The position numbers and the translations under genes were made by a program. DNA of 64,000 nucleotides from Candidatus Buchananbacteria bacterium (GTDB lineage: Bacteria; Patescibacteriota; Patescibacteriia; 2-01-FULL-39-33). Under the pieces are notes generated by a model that had not been told where the DNA came from, did no database searches, and saw only the letters and a program-made list of their open reading frames with translations. The DNA lies in the NCBI GenBank assembly GCA_041666945.1, contig JBAYFY010000002.1:64701-128700 (forward strand), written 5' to 3'. Positions 18,651 through 27,952 of this stretch are shown here, piece by piece; position 1 is the stretch's first letter, and each line of letters starts with the position of its first letter.

Positions 18651-19631
18651 ATGCGAGTTGTCAGACAATTGAACCATAGTTTTGAAGAGATAATTTGTTT
18701 AGATAACTTACTGGCGGCCTGGCGTGAATTCGCGCGCGGCAAGAGAGGCAAAAAGGATGTCCAGGAGTTTGAGTGGTCTTTGATGGATAATATTATCGCG
18801 CTTCAGGATGATTTGGCAAGCGGCAATTACCGCCATGGCGACTATAAAGATTTTCATATCGACGATCCCAAACCGCGTCATATCCACAAGGCCGGCGTGC
18901 GCGACCGTTTGGTGCATCATGCGGTATACCGCATTCTGTACCCGTATTTTGATAAAAAATTTATCGCCGATTCGTATTCTTGCCGATTAGACAAAGGAAC
19001 GTGTAAGGCCTTAAACCGATTCCGGCAATTCGCTTATCAAGTCGGTCGCAATAATACTCGCGCTTGCTGGATATTGAAAGGCGATATCAGGAAATTTTTT
19101 GCCAGCATTGATCAGAGGATTTTGAAAATTATTTTAGCCGAGTATATTGGCGATAAAAAAATTTTGGATTTGTTAGATAAAATAATTAATAGTTTCGGCA
19201 TTACTAGCAGAGGTTTACCGCTTGGCAATCTTACTTCGCAATTATTGGTTAATATTTATATGAATAAGTTCGATCAATTCGTTAAGAATCAATTAAAAGC
19301 CAAATATTATATCCGCTATGCCGATGATTTTATAATATTTTCAGAAAATAAAAATTATTTGGACGCTTTAATCCCGCAGTTGGATTATTATTTGACGGAC
19401 AAATTAAAATTGAAACTCCATCCGAATAAAATTTTTATAAAAACCCTGGGTTCCGGAGTGGATTTTTTGGGTTGGGTCAATTTTCCACATCATCGAGTTT
19501 TAAGAACTGTGACTAAAAGAAGGATGTTAAAAAGAATAGGAATTAATCCAAGCCGGGAGACGCTGGCATCTTATCTGGGGTTGTTAAGTCATGGTAATAC
19601 CTATAAATTGCTGGTAAAATTGCCAATATAG
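18651..19631 (+). CDS. DGR reverse transcriptase
   Basis: KPRHI, RDRLVHHA, SYSCR..KG, KGDIRKFF, LPLGNLTSQ (GxxxSQ), YIRYADDF and DFLG; 326 aa with no maturase or endonuclease domain. Confidence 0.95.
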   Translation: MRVVRQLNHSFEEIICLDNLLAAWREFARGKRGKKDVQEFEWSLMDNIIALQDDLASGNYRHGDYKDFHIDDPKPRHIHKAGVRDRLVHHAVYRILYPYFDKKFIADSYSCRLDKGTCKALNRFRQFAYQVGRNNTRACWILKGDIRKFFASIDQRILKIILAEYIGDKKILDLLDKIINSFGITSRGLPLGNLTSQLLVNIYMNKFDQFVKNQLKAKYYIRYADDFIIFSENKNYLDALIPQLDYYLTDKLKLKLHPNKIFIKTLGSGVDFLGWVNFPHHRVLRTVTKRRMLKRIGINPSRETLASYLGLLSHGNTYKLLVKLPI

Positions 19632-19669
19632 GTGATTTTTGTTAAGATAAATAAGAAATAAATAACGAA

Positions 19670-19708
19670 GATCCTGGATATTTTCTTGCCAGAAAATTCC
19701 GGGATGAC
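19670..19708 (+). repeat. Solo right end of palindromic element (GATCCTGGA...TTCCGGGATGAC)
   Basis: Hairpin ending in GGGATGAC, like the other family copies. Confidence 0.6.
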
Positions 19709-19714
19709 AAAATT

Positions 19715-20803
19715 ATGTCTATAACCATAGTTTTACTCGCTTTAATAATTATTCTAATCGCCGCGGTAATCGGTTTGTTTGTTTTTTTCAACAGCAAGTT
19801 GTCGCAATTGGCCGCGCCCAATGATGATAAGACGGCGCTACTGCTTTTTGAACGCATTAAGGAATTGAATCAGACCATGGACAGCAGCATTCGCGGGCTG
19901 AATCAGACCATGGACAGCAAACTGACGGAATCATCGCGCCAAATGCAGACGCAATTCGGCCAGAGCATTAATATTATCAAGGGCGTAACGGAAAAAGTCA
20001 CCCAGTTGCAGGAAACCAACAAACAGGTCATGGGTTTTTCTTAACAGTTGAAGAATCTGGAAAAGGTTTTGACCAGCCAGAAACAGCGCGGCAATTTGGG
20101 CGAAGCCGGTTTGCATTTGGTGTTGGATAATATCCTGCCGCCGACCGCTTTTAAGATCCAATACCAGTTTGACGACGGCGACATCGTGGACGCCGCGATT
20201 TTTACCAAAGACGGCATTATTCCCGTGGACGCCAAATTTTCCCTGGATAACTATAATCGTGTCGTGAACGAGGACAACGAAGAAAAGCGCGCGGTTTATG
20301 AAAAAGAATTCAAGAATGATTTAAAAAAACGCATTGATGAAACATCTAAATACATCAAGCCCGACAAAGGGACGATGGATTTTGCTTTTATGTTTATTCC
20401 GGCCGAAGCGATTTATTATGATTTACTGGTCAACGAAGTCGGCGCGATTAAGATCAATACCCGCTCGCTGATTGATTACGCCTTTAAGGAGAAAAAAGTC
20501 ATCATTGTGTCGCCGACGACTTTTGCCGCTTATCTGCAGACGGTGTTGCAGGGCTTGCGCGCTTTAAAAATAGAGGAGCAAACCAAGGATATTATCAAGC
20601 GGGTGGAGATGTTGCAGAAGCATATTGTGGCCTATGACGATTATTTCAAGAAAATCGGCAGCAGTTTGGCCACCACGGTTAATGCCTACAATACCGCCGA
20701 CAAAGAGCTGAAAAAAATAGACAAAGACGTGGTCAAGATTACCGGCGCCGAAAGCGGCATAGATTTGTTGCAGATAGAAGGGCCGAAAAAGATTGATGAA
20801 TAA
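19715..20803 (+). pseudogene. rmuC: RmuC DNA recombination protein interrupted by in-frame TAA (20042-20044)
   Basis: Two ORFs in the same frame: N-terminal TM/coiled coil, then QRGNLGE, PVDAKF, DFAFMFIPAE and VSPTT. Confidence 0.85.
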
Positions 20804-20821
20804 TCATTAATAATAAAATTT

Positions 20822-21127
20822 ATGGGAAGCATTGAATCCAATGAACCCAAAAAACCATTTGAAATTTCCAGCAGTAAGGGTATAACGCTTAGAGATGGGG
20901 AGAGAAAGTTTTTGATTATACCGAATAAATTAGTTGATAATTTGGTTGTGGGCAGAAAACGCGGCAGAGATGCGATTAACTCGTTGCATGAACAAGTATA
21001 TGATGGTTCTCGCTATATGTGGGGGAATCAAGATGGTACGCATTTCATGATTGAACTCGGTTCTTCGTATCCCATAGAAAAAGCCCAGGAGTTAGTTGAT
21101 AAGATAGAAGCCGCTAATAATCAATAG
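20822..21127 (+). CDS. Hypothetical protein
   Basis: 101-aa AT-rich ORF tightly packed between rmuC and mtnP. Confidence 0.65.
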   Translation: MGSIESNEPKKPFEISSSKGITLRDGERKFLIIPNKLVDNLVVGRKRGRDAINSLHEQVYDGSRYMWGNQDGTHFMIELGSSYPIEKAQELVDKIEAANNQ

Positions 21128-21132
21128 CTTAT

Positions 21133-21870
21133 ATGCCAAAAATCGCCATTATCGGCGGGTCGGGATTGGATGATCCGCAAATACTGCAGAATGCTACGGA
21201 AAAAAATATAGAGAATAAATACGGCCGACTGGCCTCGCCTTTAACTATTGGGCAAATTGCCGGCGTTGATGTGATGATTTTGGCGCGCCACGGCAAGACG
21301 CATAATGTTATGCCCACCAAGATTAATTTCATGGCCAATATTCAGGCGCTGAAGGATGAGGGTTGTACGCATATTCTGGCTACGACTGCCGTGGGGTCGC
21401 TAAGAGAAGAAATCAAACCGGGCAATCTGGTTTTTCCCGATCAATTCATTGATTTCACCCGTCACCGCAACTTGACTTACTTTACTGATCAAGTGGAACA
21501 CAAGCCCATGGCCGATCCTTATGATCCGTTGTTACGTAGCTTGCTACGTAACACTTGCGATGAGTTGGGATTTGAATATAATTGCGACAAAACGGTGATT
21601 ACGATTGAGGGCCCCAGATTCTCCACCCGCGCCGAAAGCCACATGTTCCGCCAATGGGGGGCGGATATCATTAATATGTCCACTTGTCCGGAAGTGATTC
21701 TGGCCAACGAACTGAGCTTGCCTTACCAGACCATCGCCATGTCCACGGATTATGATTGCTGGAAGACGGACGAGGCGCCGGTAACTTTTGAAATGGTGAT
21801 GAAACGCATGGCCGAGAACGCGGAAAAGGTTAAGCAGTTATTGATTAAAGTTATTCCGAAAATACAGTAA
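21133..21870 (+). CDS. mtnP: S-methyl-5'-thioadenosine phosphorylase
   Basis: IIGGSG, ARHG, TAVGSL, EGPRFSTRAES, INMS and TDYDCW. Confidence 0.93.
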   Translation: MPKIAIIGGSGLDDPQILQNATEKNIENKYGRLASPLTIGQIAGVDVMILARHGKTHNVMPTKINFMANIQALKDEGCTHILATTAVGSLREEIKPGNLVFPDQFIDFTRHRNLTYFTDQVEHKPMADPYDPLLRSLLRNTCDELGFEYNCDKTVITIEGPRFSTRAESHMFRQWGADIINMSTCPEVILANELSLPYQTIAMSTDYDCWKTDEAPVTFEMVMKRMAENAEKVKQLLIKVIPKIQ

Positions 21871-21913
21871 TTTTCTAATACAAATTAAATTCGTAATTCG
21901 TAATTGAATCCAT

Positions 21914-22441
21914 ATGCCTATCAAATCACGCATTCGCACCGTCCCGGACTGGCCCAAGAAGGGCGTAATGTTCCGTGATATCACCACTTTGATCAAAGAC
22001 CCGGTCGGGTTGAAATTGTGCTTGGATGATTTTGTGGAGAGATACAAAGACAAGGAGATTGACGTTATTGTCGGCATTGACAGCCGAGGTTTTATTTTGG
22101 GCGGCGCCTTGGCTTATTTATTGGGCAAGGGGTTTGTGCCGGTGCGCAAAAAAGGCAAATTGCCGGCGGAAACGGAAAGCGAGTCGTATGATTTGGAGTA
22201 CGGCACGGACACGATAGAAATCCATAAAGATGCCATCACCTCCGGGCAAAAAGTGGTGATCATTGATGATTTAATAGCCACCGGCGGCACGGCTCTGGCC
22301 GCTTCCAAATTAGTAAAAAAATTGGGCGGAGAAATAAACGAATTGGCGTTTATCGTGGATTTGCCGGATTTGGGCGGCGGCAAAAAACTGACTGACGCCG
22401 GGCTTAAATATTACGCCCAAACCGTGTTTGCCGGTGAATAG
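21914..22441 (+). CDS. apt: Adenine phosphoribosyltransferase
   Basis: [25 protein letters not shown] and [11 protein letters not shown]. Confidence 0.96.
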   Translation: MPIKSRIRTVPDWPKKGVMFRDITTLIKDPVGLKLCLDDFVERYKDKEIDVIVGIDSRGFILGGALAYLLGKGFVPVRKKGKLPAETESESYDLEYGTDTIEIHKDAITSGQKVVIIDDLIATGGTALAASKLVKKLGGEINELAFIVDLPDLGGGKKLTDAGLKYYAQTVFAGE

Positions 22442-22503
22442 TGCAAATCGTTTATATATTTTGGGACAACGACTTGACCGCTAAAGCGGCTAAGTTTATT
22501 AAG

Positions 22504-22557
22504 TTGACAATTTTATCCGTTTGCCGTATTATATGATAAATCTTAGTTCTTTAATAA
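22504..22557 (+). promoter_or_regulatory. Promoter TTGACA-17-TATTAT plus boxA-like GTTCTTTAATAA
   Basis: Hexamers at 22504 and 22527; boxA-like motif at 22546. Confidence 0.65.
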
Positions 22558-22624
22558 TGTTGTCAAATAATATCAATCAAATCAGCGCAGCAAAGCCCAA
22601 CACAACAATAGAGGAGGATTTTCC

Positions 22625-23158
22625 ATGGAAGCAGACAATGAGGATAATAGTAAAAGATTAAGCGATGCCTTGATGGACTTAGCCAGCGGTTTATCCCAAG
22701 AAGAACAGGCAACAGAAATGATTAAGGCAATTAGTAGCCGGATTGAGTCCCTCTCAAAAACGAAAAACAGCGATGCCTGTGATCTTGTTAATATTTTAAC
22801 CGTTGCGGTATTGCGTATCACTGAGAAAAACCCCGAACTATTTTTAATGGCCGTAGCCGAAAATTTTACCGAGGCAGAAGTGTTAGCGCTGGTCTTCCCG
22901 GACCGCGCCGCGGAAATAGCCGCACTCGCTATGCATCGAGCGGGTTTGGTCGCCTTGCTTGTGCCGGAAAAAATTGCTGAAATTTGTAAGATTTTAGCGC
23001 CCACGGAAGAGAGGGTAAGCCGCATTATCGGTACGATTCTTAATAATCCCAAAGTAATCGGCTGGCATAGATTGGCTGATACGGAAGAATTCAAAAAATA
23101 TTTTCCCGATGCTGCCAAGCGTTTTGGCAGATCCGCCAAAATTACGAAGAAGGATTAA
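22625..23158 (+). CDS. Hypothetical helical protein
   Basis: 177-aa ORF with GAGGAGG SD. Confidence 0.7.
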   Translation: MEADNEDNSKRLSDALMDLASGLSQEEQATEMIKAISSRIESLSKTKNSDACDLVNILTVAVLRITEKNPELFLMAVAENFTEAEVLALVFPDRAAEIAALAMHRAGLVALLVPEKIAEICKILAPTEERVSRIIGTILNNPKVIGWHRLADTEEFKKYFPDAAKRFGRSAKITKKD

Positions 23159-23162
23159 TGTT

Positions 23163-23354
23163 ATGGCGCTTTGCATAAATTGCAGCGGTACCATTTTAAA
23201 ACCCGGATCGCCGGCCGGCAGTTGCGCCGTAACGGGCTGTAATAATTTGGCTACGCACAAGGACTACGAGTATTGCCCGCACTGCGCTGAGGAATTGGGC
23301 CGTTGCGAATGTTGCGGGAAAAGGCAAGAGAAACAGCATCAAATAGAAATTTAG
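23163..23354 (+). CDS. Small Cys-rich (putative Zn-binding) protein
   Basis: CxxC, CxxxxC, CPHC and CECC in 63 aa; AAGGA SD. Confidence 0.6.
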   Translation: MALCINCSGTILKPGSPAGSCAVTGCNNLATHKDYEYCPHCAEELGRCECCGKRQEKQHQIEI

Positions 23355-23423
23355 AACGCTATTAGCGGACACAAGTTGTCCGCTTTTGTTTTTGCTTTGG
23401 TTTGTGTTATAATATTATTAATT

Positions 23424-24404
23424 ATGCCAAAGGAAGGTGACAAATTACACCAATTGATTGCCGCGGTTTTTCGCGATTATTTCGTTTATGCTCCGGTCAA
23501 GCGCGCCGGCCGGCTTTTGACGCAAGAAGCCAAAACGCCTGACGAGGTTGATTGGTCGGGCAAGCTGGCCGAGAATTCTTGGAAAGAGCCGTTTTTGCCT
23601 CATCGGGAAAAACTGTTTGAAAGCCGGCGGGGCTTGCTGGAAACTAAAGGCGAACAGCCGCCGGTGGCCTGCCTGGGCATGAATATCCTGGATTTGAAAG
23701 CGCTGACGCTGTTTGATTTGGTTTTTGGCAATGACGTTTATTATCAAAATCGCCGCCAGAAAATTCTTGTCATCGGTTATGGCGCGGATTGGCCCAATAG
23801 TTACAAAAAAAGCAAGGTTTTTTCCCACAATTTCAAGGAGGACGCGCTGGAACACGTGTCTTTTGATATTTTTATCGCCGGCCGCAAAAGCGGCGAGCCG
23901 GTTTTTTATTCCGGTTCCGCCGCCGGCCGCAAGCTGTTGGAGAGTTGCCGCATCAAGAATTTTGAAAATATCAAGTTTGCCGGCGCCGTGGCCGAAAGCG
24001 GACCGGATAAGCGCATGTTGGAAATCAAAGGCAAGTTAGAGCGCTCTGCCGATCATTATTTATGGAATAATCTGGATCAAATTTGTTTGGCTTGCGGCAA
24101 ATGCACCATTGCCTGCCCGACTTGCTTTTGTTTTGATCTGGAAGACAAGGTCAATCCCGATGACCCGCGACGCGATCGCAAATGGGGGAGTTGCTTTTAT
24201 AACGATTTTTCCCTGGTAGCCGGCGGACACAAGGAACTGGACACGGTCAAAAAGAAAATATTTTTTTGGTATTACCATAAATTCGCGCGCATTCCCAAGG
24301 AGTACTCTTATGTCGGTTGTGTTTCTTGCGGCCGCTGTACCCGCACTTGCCCGGTTAATATTGATATTGCCAAAAATATCGCCAAAATTTTGAAAATGAA
24401 ATAA
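23424..24404 (+). CDS. Group 3b hydrogenase/sulfhydrogenase beta subunit (AsrA-like 4Fe-4S)
   Basis: CLACGKCTIACPTCFC and GCVSCGRCTRTCP motifs; HKF. Confidence 0.88.
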   Translation: MPKEGDKLHQLIAAVFRDYFVYAPVKRAGRLLTQEAKTPDEVDWSGKLAENSWKEPFLPHREKLFESRRGLLETKGEQPPVACLGMNILDLKALTLFDLVFGNDVYYQNRRQKILVIGYGADWPNSYKKSKVFSHNFKEDALEHVSFDIFIAGRKSGEPVFYSGSAAGRKLLESCRIKNFENIKFAGAVAESGPDKRMLEIKGKLERSADHYLWNNLDQICLACGKCTIACPTCFCFDLEDKVNPDDPRRDRKWGSCFYNDFSLVAGGHKELDTVKKKIFFWYYHKFARIPKEYSYVGCVSCGRCTRTCPVNIDIAKNIAKILKMK

Positions 24405-25225
24405 TGAACAATATTTATCAGCCGCAAAAAGCCAGAGTAATTTCCGCCAGCCGCGAATCAATTGACACGGTTCTTTTAAGATTCCAGTTCGCTGACAAGA
24501 CGCTGCAGAAAAAATTCGCGTATCTTTCCGGACAATTCATGCAAATCGGTTTTCCCGGTTGGGGCGAGTGTCCCATTAGCATTTGTTCCTCGCCCAGCGA
24601 CAGCCAAAAGTATTTTGAACTGGCCATCCGCGATGTGGGGCAATTGACGCATAAGATTAATGAATTAAAAAGCGGAGACGAGGCCTGGGTCAGAGGACCG
24701 TTTGGCAACGGCTTTGATACCGATCTTTACGCCGGCAAAGAATTGATTCTAATCGGCGGCGGTTGCGGTTTTGTGCCGCTTAGGCCGATAATTATGGACG
24801 CCTTGGCGGGACGGATTAAAACCAAATCGCTGAAAATATTTTACGGCTGTTTTAATGAAGACACGTTATTATTCAAGAAGCAATACCCGGAATGGAATCG
24901 CGGCGCGGAATTGGGGATTATTTTAGAAAAACCCACCGCTAATTGGCGCGGAGAAAAAGGGCTGATTACCGCCTTAATCCAGAAACGCCGGATTTCTCCG
25001 GCCGCTACAGTCGTAATGGTGGGACCGCCCGTAATGTATCGTTTTGCCATTAAGGAGTTGGAGGCCAAAAAAATCAAGCCGCAGAATATCTGGCTGTCGT
25101 TGGAACGGCGGATGTATTGCGGCGTCGGCATTTGCCAGCACTGCGCTATCGGGCCGTACTATGTCTGCAAAGACGGGCCGGTGTTCAATTATGCCCAGCT
25201 TAAAAATATTTCCCACGCCATATGA
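24404..25225 (+). CDS. Group 3b hydrogenase gamma subunit (FAD/NAD(P)-binding, AsrB-like)
   Basis: GQF, PISI, RGPFG, GGGCG, GPPVM and ERRMYCGVGICQHC...CKDGPVF. Confidence 0.9.
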   Translation: MNNIYQPQKARVISASRESIDTVLLRFQFADKTLQKKFAYLSGQFMQIGFPGWGECPISICSSPSDSQKYFELAIRDVGQLTHKINELKSGDEAWVRGPFGNGFDTDLYAGKELILIGGGCGFVPLRPIIMDALAGRIKTKSLKIFYGCFNEDTLLFKKQYPEWNRGAELGIILEKPTANWRGEKGLITALIQKRRISPAATVVMVGPPVMYRFAIKELEAKKIKPQNIWLSLERRMYCGVGICQHCAIGPYYVCKDGPVFNYAQLKNISHAI

Positions 25226-25734
25226 CCGTTAATACCCTGGTTTATTTTTTACTTTTTTTGGTGCTGTTGACCGCGGCTTACGGCGCGTATTCGGCTGCGC
25301 CTTGGCTGCCGACCAGGCGTCGAGACGTCAAGCGCATGATGGATTTGGCCGAACTCAAGCCCGGCGACAAGGTGTACGATTTGGGTTGCGGCGACGGCCG
25401 GCTGGTATTTGCCGCGGCCAAGCGCGGCGCCACGGCCACGGGAGTGGAAGTATTTTTCCTGCCCTGGCTGTATGCCAGAGTCAAAAGCTTTTTCATTCCG
25501 CGGTCCAAGATTTTATTCGGCGATTTATTTTTCCAGAATATCGCCGATGCCGACGCGGTTTTTATTTTTTTGCTGGACAAAAGTTACAAACGGCTGAAGG
25601 AAAAATTCAGCCGGGAGCTAAAGCCGGGGACTCGCGTAATCGTCGCCTGCTGGCCGATTGCCGAATGGCAGGATAAACTTGTAAATTCCAGCCAGCCGGC
25701 GGACAATCTGCCGCTATTCGTGTATAAAATATAA
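25222..25734 (+). CDS. Class I SAM-dependent methyltransferase with N-terminal TM
   Basis: APWLPT, YDLGCGDGR and ELKPGTRV. Confidence 0.85.
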   Translation: MTVNTLVYFLLFLVLLTAAYGAYSAAPWLPTRRRDVKRMMDLAELKPGDKVYDLGCGDGRLVFAAAKRGATATGVEVFFLPWLYARVKSFFIPRSKILFGDLFFQNIADADAVFIFLLDKSYKRLKEKFSRELKPGTRVIVACWPIAEWQDKLVNSSQPADNLPLFVYKI

Positions 25735-25757
25735 ATTTAATTATTAATACCAAAAGT

Positions 25758-25916
25758 ATGCAAACCATCAGTTGGGCGGCGATTGCGCTGATTATCATCG
25801 GAGCAATCTTCCTGCTCAAGAATCTCGGCTTGTTGGCCGGCATCAATTGGGACGTAATCTGGCCGATTGTGATTATTATCGTCGGCGTCATCTGGTTGTT
25901 TAAAAAGAAGATGTAA
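25758..25916 (+). CDS. Small two-TM protein (LiaF/DUF5668-like); not in ORF track
   Basis: MQTISWAAIALIIIGAIFLLKNLGLLAGINWDVIWPIVIIIVGVIWLFKKKM. Confidence 0.7.
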   Translation: MQTISWAAIALIIIGAIFLLKNLGLLAGINWDVIWPIVIIIVGVIWLFKKKM

Positions 25917-25919
25917 ATT

Positions 25920-26135
25920 ATGTGCCTGACCGTGCCGGCGCGAGTTATTTCCGCCGCTGACAATTATTTGGAGGTGGAAATCGCCGGCACCAGGCGCCAG
26001 GTTAAGCGCGCCTTTTCCGAAGCGCCCCAATCGGGCGAATGGGTGCTTGTTAACGCTGATTTGGCAGTAGTTAAGATAACGGAAAAAGAAGCCGAAGAAA
26101 TCTCCGGTTATCTGTCGCAAAGAAAAAAGATATGA
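25920..26135 (+). CDS. hypC: Hydrogenase assembly chaperone HypC/HupF
   Basis: N-terminal MCLTVPARV; GEWVLVNA (the usual His is replaced by Asn). Confidence 0.85.
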   Translation: MCLTVPARVISAADNYLEVEIAGTRRQVKRAFSEAPQSGEWVLVNADLAVVKITEKEAEEISGYLSQRKKI

Positions 26136-26890
26136 TCAGGGAAAAACCCGACGGCATGATACTGGCGGCGCGTTACGCGTTTATGCCCAACAAGCTGCGT
26201 TATTGCGGCGGCGACAGGAACTCACAGCTGTTTTCCTATGTCTCCGCCGGTTTCAGCGACGGAGGATTGGGCGAACTGTTGGAAGAATTCGATACCATGT
26301 TTCCTTACGTCAGTTTTATCGCTCACGCCAACAAGATCGCCGATCCTTTTGATTATCGCGTGGTGGAAGCGTATTGGATCGGCAACGATTTGCTTGATCG
26401 GATTGATTTCAACGCTTTTTATCGTTACATGGTGGACATTCAGCGCTTGCCCAAATCCTACAAGCCGGAATTGGCGGAAAAGATCTACGGCAAAATCCCT
26501 TTGGGCGCCAAACCGCACCACTCTTGGCACGTATTCAATATTCCCAAACGCATGGGACCGAACGCGCTGGAATACACTATTGCCACCATGGACGATTGCC
26601 GCATCAGTTGGGCCAAGGTGCTGAAGTCCGATCCGGTCGCTGACGGGCTGCTTAAAAAAATCAAAGTGGAATGCCGGCCTTTGCAATATCTTAACAATCA
26701 ATTGATCCTGGGCGAACCGCAAGAGAAAGAAGTTTGGTTTGAATACGGGAATAAGAGCTTTACCGGGCCGCTTCAAGCCGGAGATCTGATAACTTTGCAT
26801 TGGAACTGGGCGTGCGACCGCATTTCCGAGGAACAAAAGAATAATTTGGAAAAATGGACGCGTCATAATTTAAAACTGGCCAATTTATGA
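26132..26890 (+). CDS. Conserved hydrogenase-associated protein (DUF6390-like)
   Basis: ARYAFMPN.LRYCG, VVEAYWIGN, PHHSWHV, DDCRISW and LHWNWAC; overlaps the hypC stop. Confidence 0.7.
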   Translation: MIREKPDGMILAARYAFMPNKLRYCGGDRNSQLFSYVSAGFSDGGLGELLEEFDTMFPYVSFIAHANKIADPFDYRVVEAYWIGNDLLDRIDFNAFYRYMVDIQRLPKSYKPELAEKIYGKIPLGAKPHHSWHVFNIPKRMGPNALEYTIATMDDCRISWAKVLKSDPVADGLLKKIKVECRPLQYLNNQLILGEPQEKEVWFEYGNKSFTGPLQAGDLITLHWNWACDRISEEQKNNLEKWTRHNLKLANL

Positions 26891-27708
26891 AAGCTAAAAA
26901 ACCAAAACTCGCCATTGTCGGCTTAACTTCCTGCGAGGGCTGCCAATTTGTCATCTTGGATCAAGGCAAAAAGTTTTTGGATTTGTTAAAAAAATTCGAA
27001 GTTGAAGAGTTCCGTTTGCTGGAAGACGATCCCATGCCGTCCGGACGATACGATATTTGCCTGGTTGAAGGCAATCCGATTACCAAGGATAATTTTCGTT
27101 TGCTTAGAGAAATGCGCGAGCGTTCCAAGTTTTTGATCGTTTTGGGCAATTGCGCGGCGTTAGGCGGAGTTTGGGAAATCAAGAATTATCAGGATAAGAA
27201 AAAAACCATCAGATACGTTTACAGCCAGTCCGCTAAAGTGGAGAACCCCGATATTAAAGAAGTGGATAATTTTGTCAAAGTGGATTTGACTATTCCCGGA
27301 TGCCCCATAACCGGCGGAGAGATGCTGGAAATGATTTATCAGCTTTTGTCCGGCAAGGTGCCGCGAATTCCGCCAAGCCCCGTGTGTTGGGAGTGCCAGG
27401 TTAATGGTTATGAATGCTTGTTGCAAAAAGGCCTGATCTGCCTGGGGCCGGTTACTCTGGGCGGCTGCGAGGCGGTGTGCCTGAAGAGCAAACAGCCGTG
27501 CTGGGGTTGCCGCGGGCTGTTTGAGGGCGCGCAGGTCAAGAATCATCTTAACCATCTGACAGCCAATTTCCCGCGCCAGCAGGTTTATCGCGTGATGGAG
27601 GTTTTTGGCGCGCGCGATTCAATTTTAAAATCATTAGTTAAAAATAAAACTAAAAAGATTAACAAGACAATTAAGAAAAAAAATTATGACAGTAGAAACC
27701 AGGGATAG
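26887..27708 (+). CDS. [NiFe]-hydrogenase small (delta) subunit
   Basis: TSCEGC, VEG, GNCA..GG, PGCP, VCWEC, CLGP and PCWGCRG. Confidence 0.9.
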   Translation: MKAKKPKLAIVGLTSCEGCQFVILDQGKKFLDLLKKFEVEEFRLLEDDPMPSGRYDICLVEGNPITKDNFRLLREMRERSKFLIVLGNCAALGGVWEIKNYQDKKKTIRYVYSQSAKVENPDIKEVDNFVKVDLTIPGCPITGGEMLEMIYQLLSGKVPRIPPSPVCWECQVNGYECLLQKGLICLGPVTLGGCEAVCLKSKQPCWGCRGLFEGAQVKNHLNHLTANFPRQQVYRVMEVFGARDSILKSLVKNKTKKINKTIKKKNYDSRNQG

Positions 27709-27940
27709 GACGGAGGAGGAACTATCGGCTCGCAATCAGGTGCAGAGGGAGTTATTGGGCAAGTACTTGGAGGAGGGTAAATTGAGCGCCACCGATCCCG
27801 AAGCCATGAGCAAAATTTTCAGACAGATAAGCGACATTTTGGATGGCGCTGATTCGGCTTACGACAGTATTCGCGCTGCTTTTAAGTCAGGCGATCACCA
27901 AGCTACGGTTGACATGCTAAAAACCGTAATTAAAGTGTAA
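27686..27940 (+). CDS. Hypothetical protein
   Basis: 84-aa ORF between the small and large subunits. Confidence 0.55.
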   Translation: MTVETRDRTEEELSARNQVQRELLGKYLEEGKLSATDPEAMSKIFRQISDILDGADSAYDSIRAAFKSGDHQATVDMLKTVIKV

Positions 27941-27952
27941 ATATTTTTGTCT

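Larger units (their letters stand above)
17141..19631 (+). mobile_element. Diversity-generating retroelement (target-VR, hairpin, TR, avd, RT)
   Basis: All DGR components are visible; VR/TR mismatches are adenine-specific. Confidence 0.96.

Noticed and set aside
18651-19631. Group II intron or retron RT
   Set aside because: Short RT with no maturase or HNH domain, a GxxxSQ motif, and an adjacent TR/VR pair and Avd.
20042-20044. Stop-codon reassignment (code 25)
   Set aside because: The interrupting codon is TAA, not TGA. TAA and TGA end many genes normally here.
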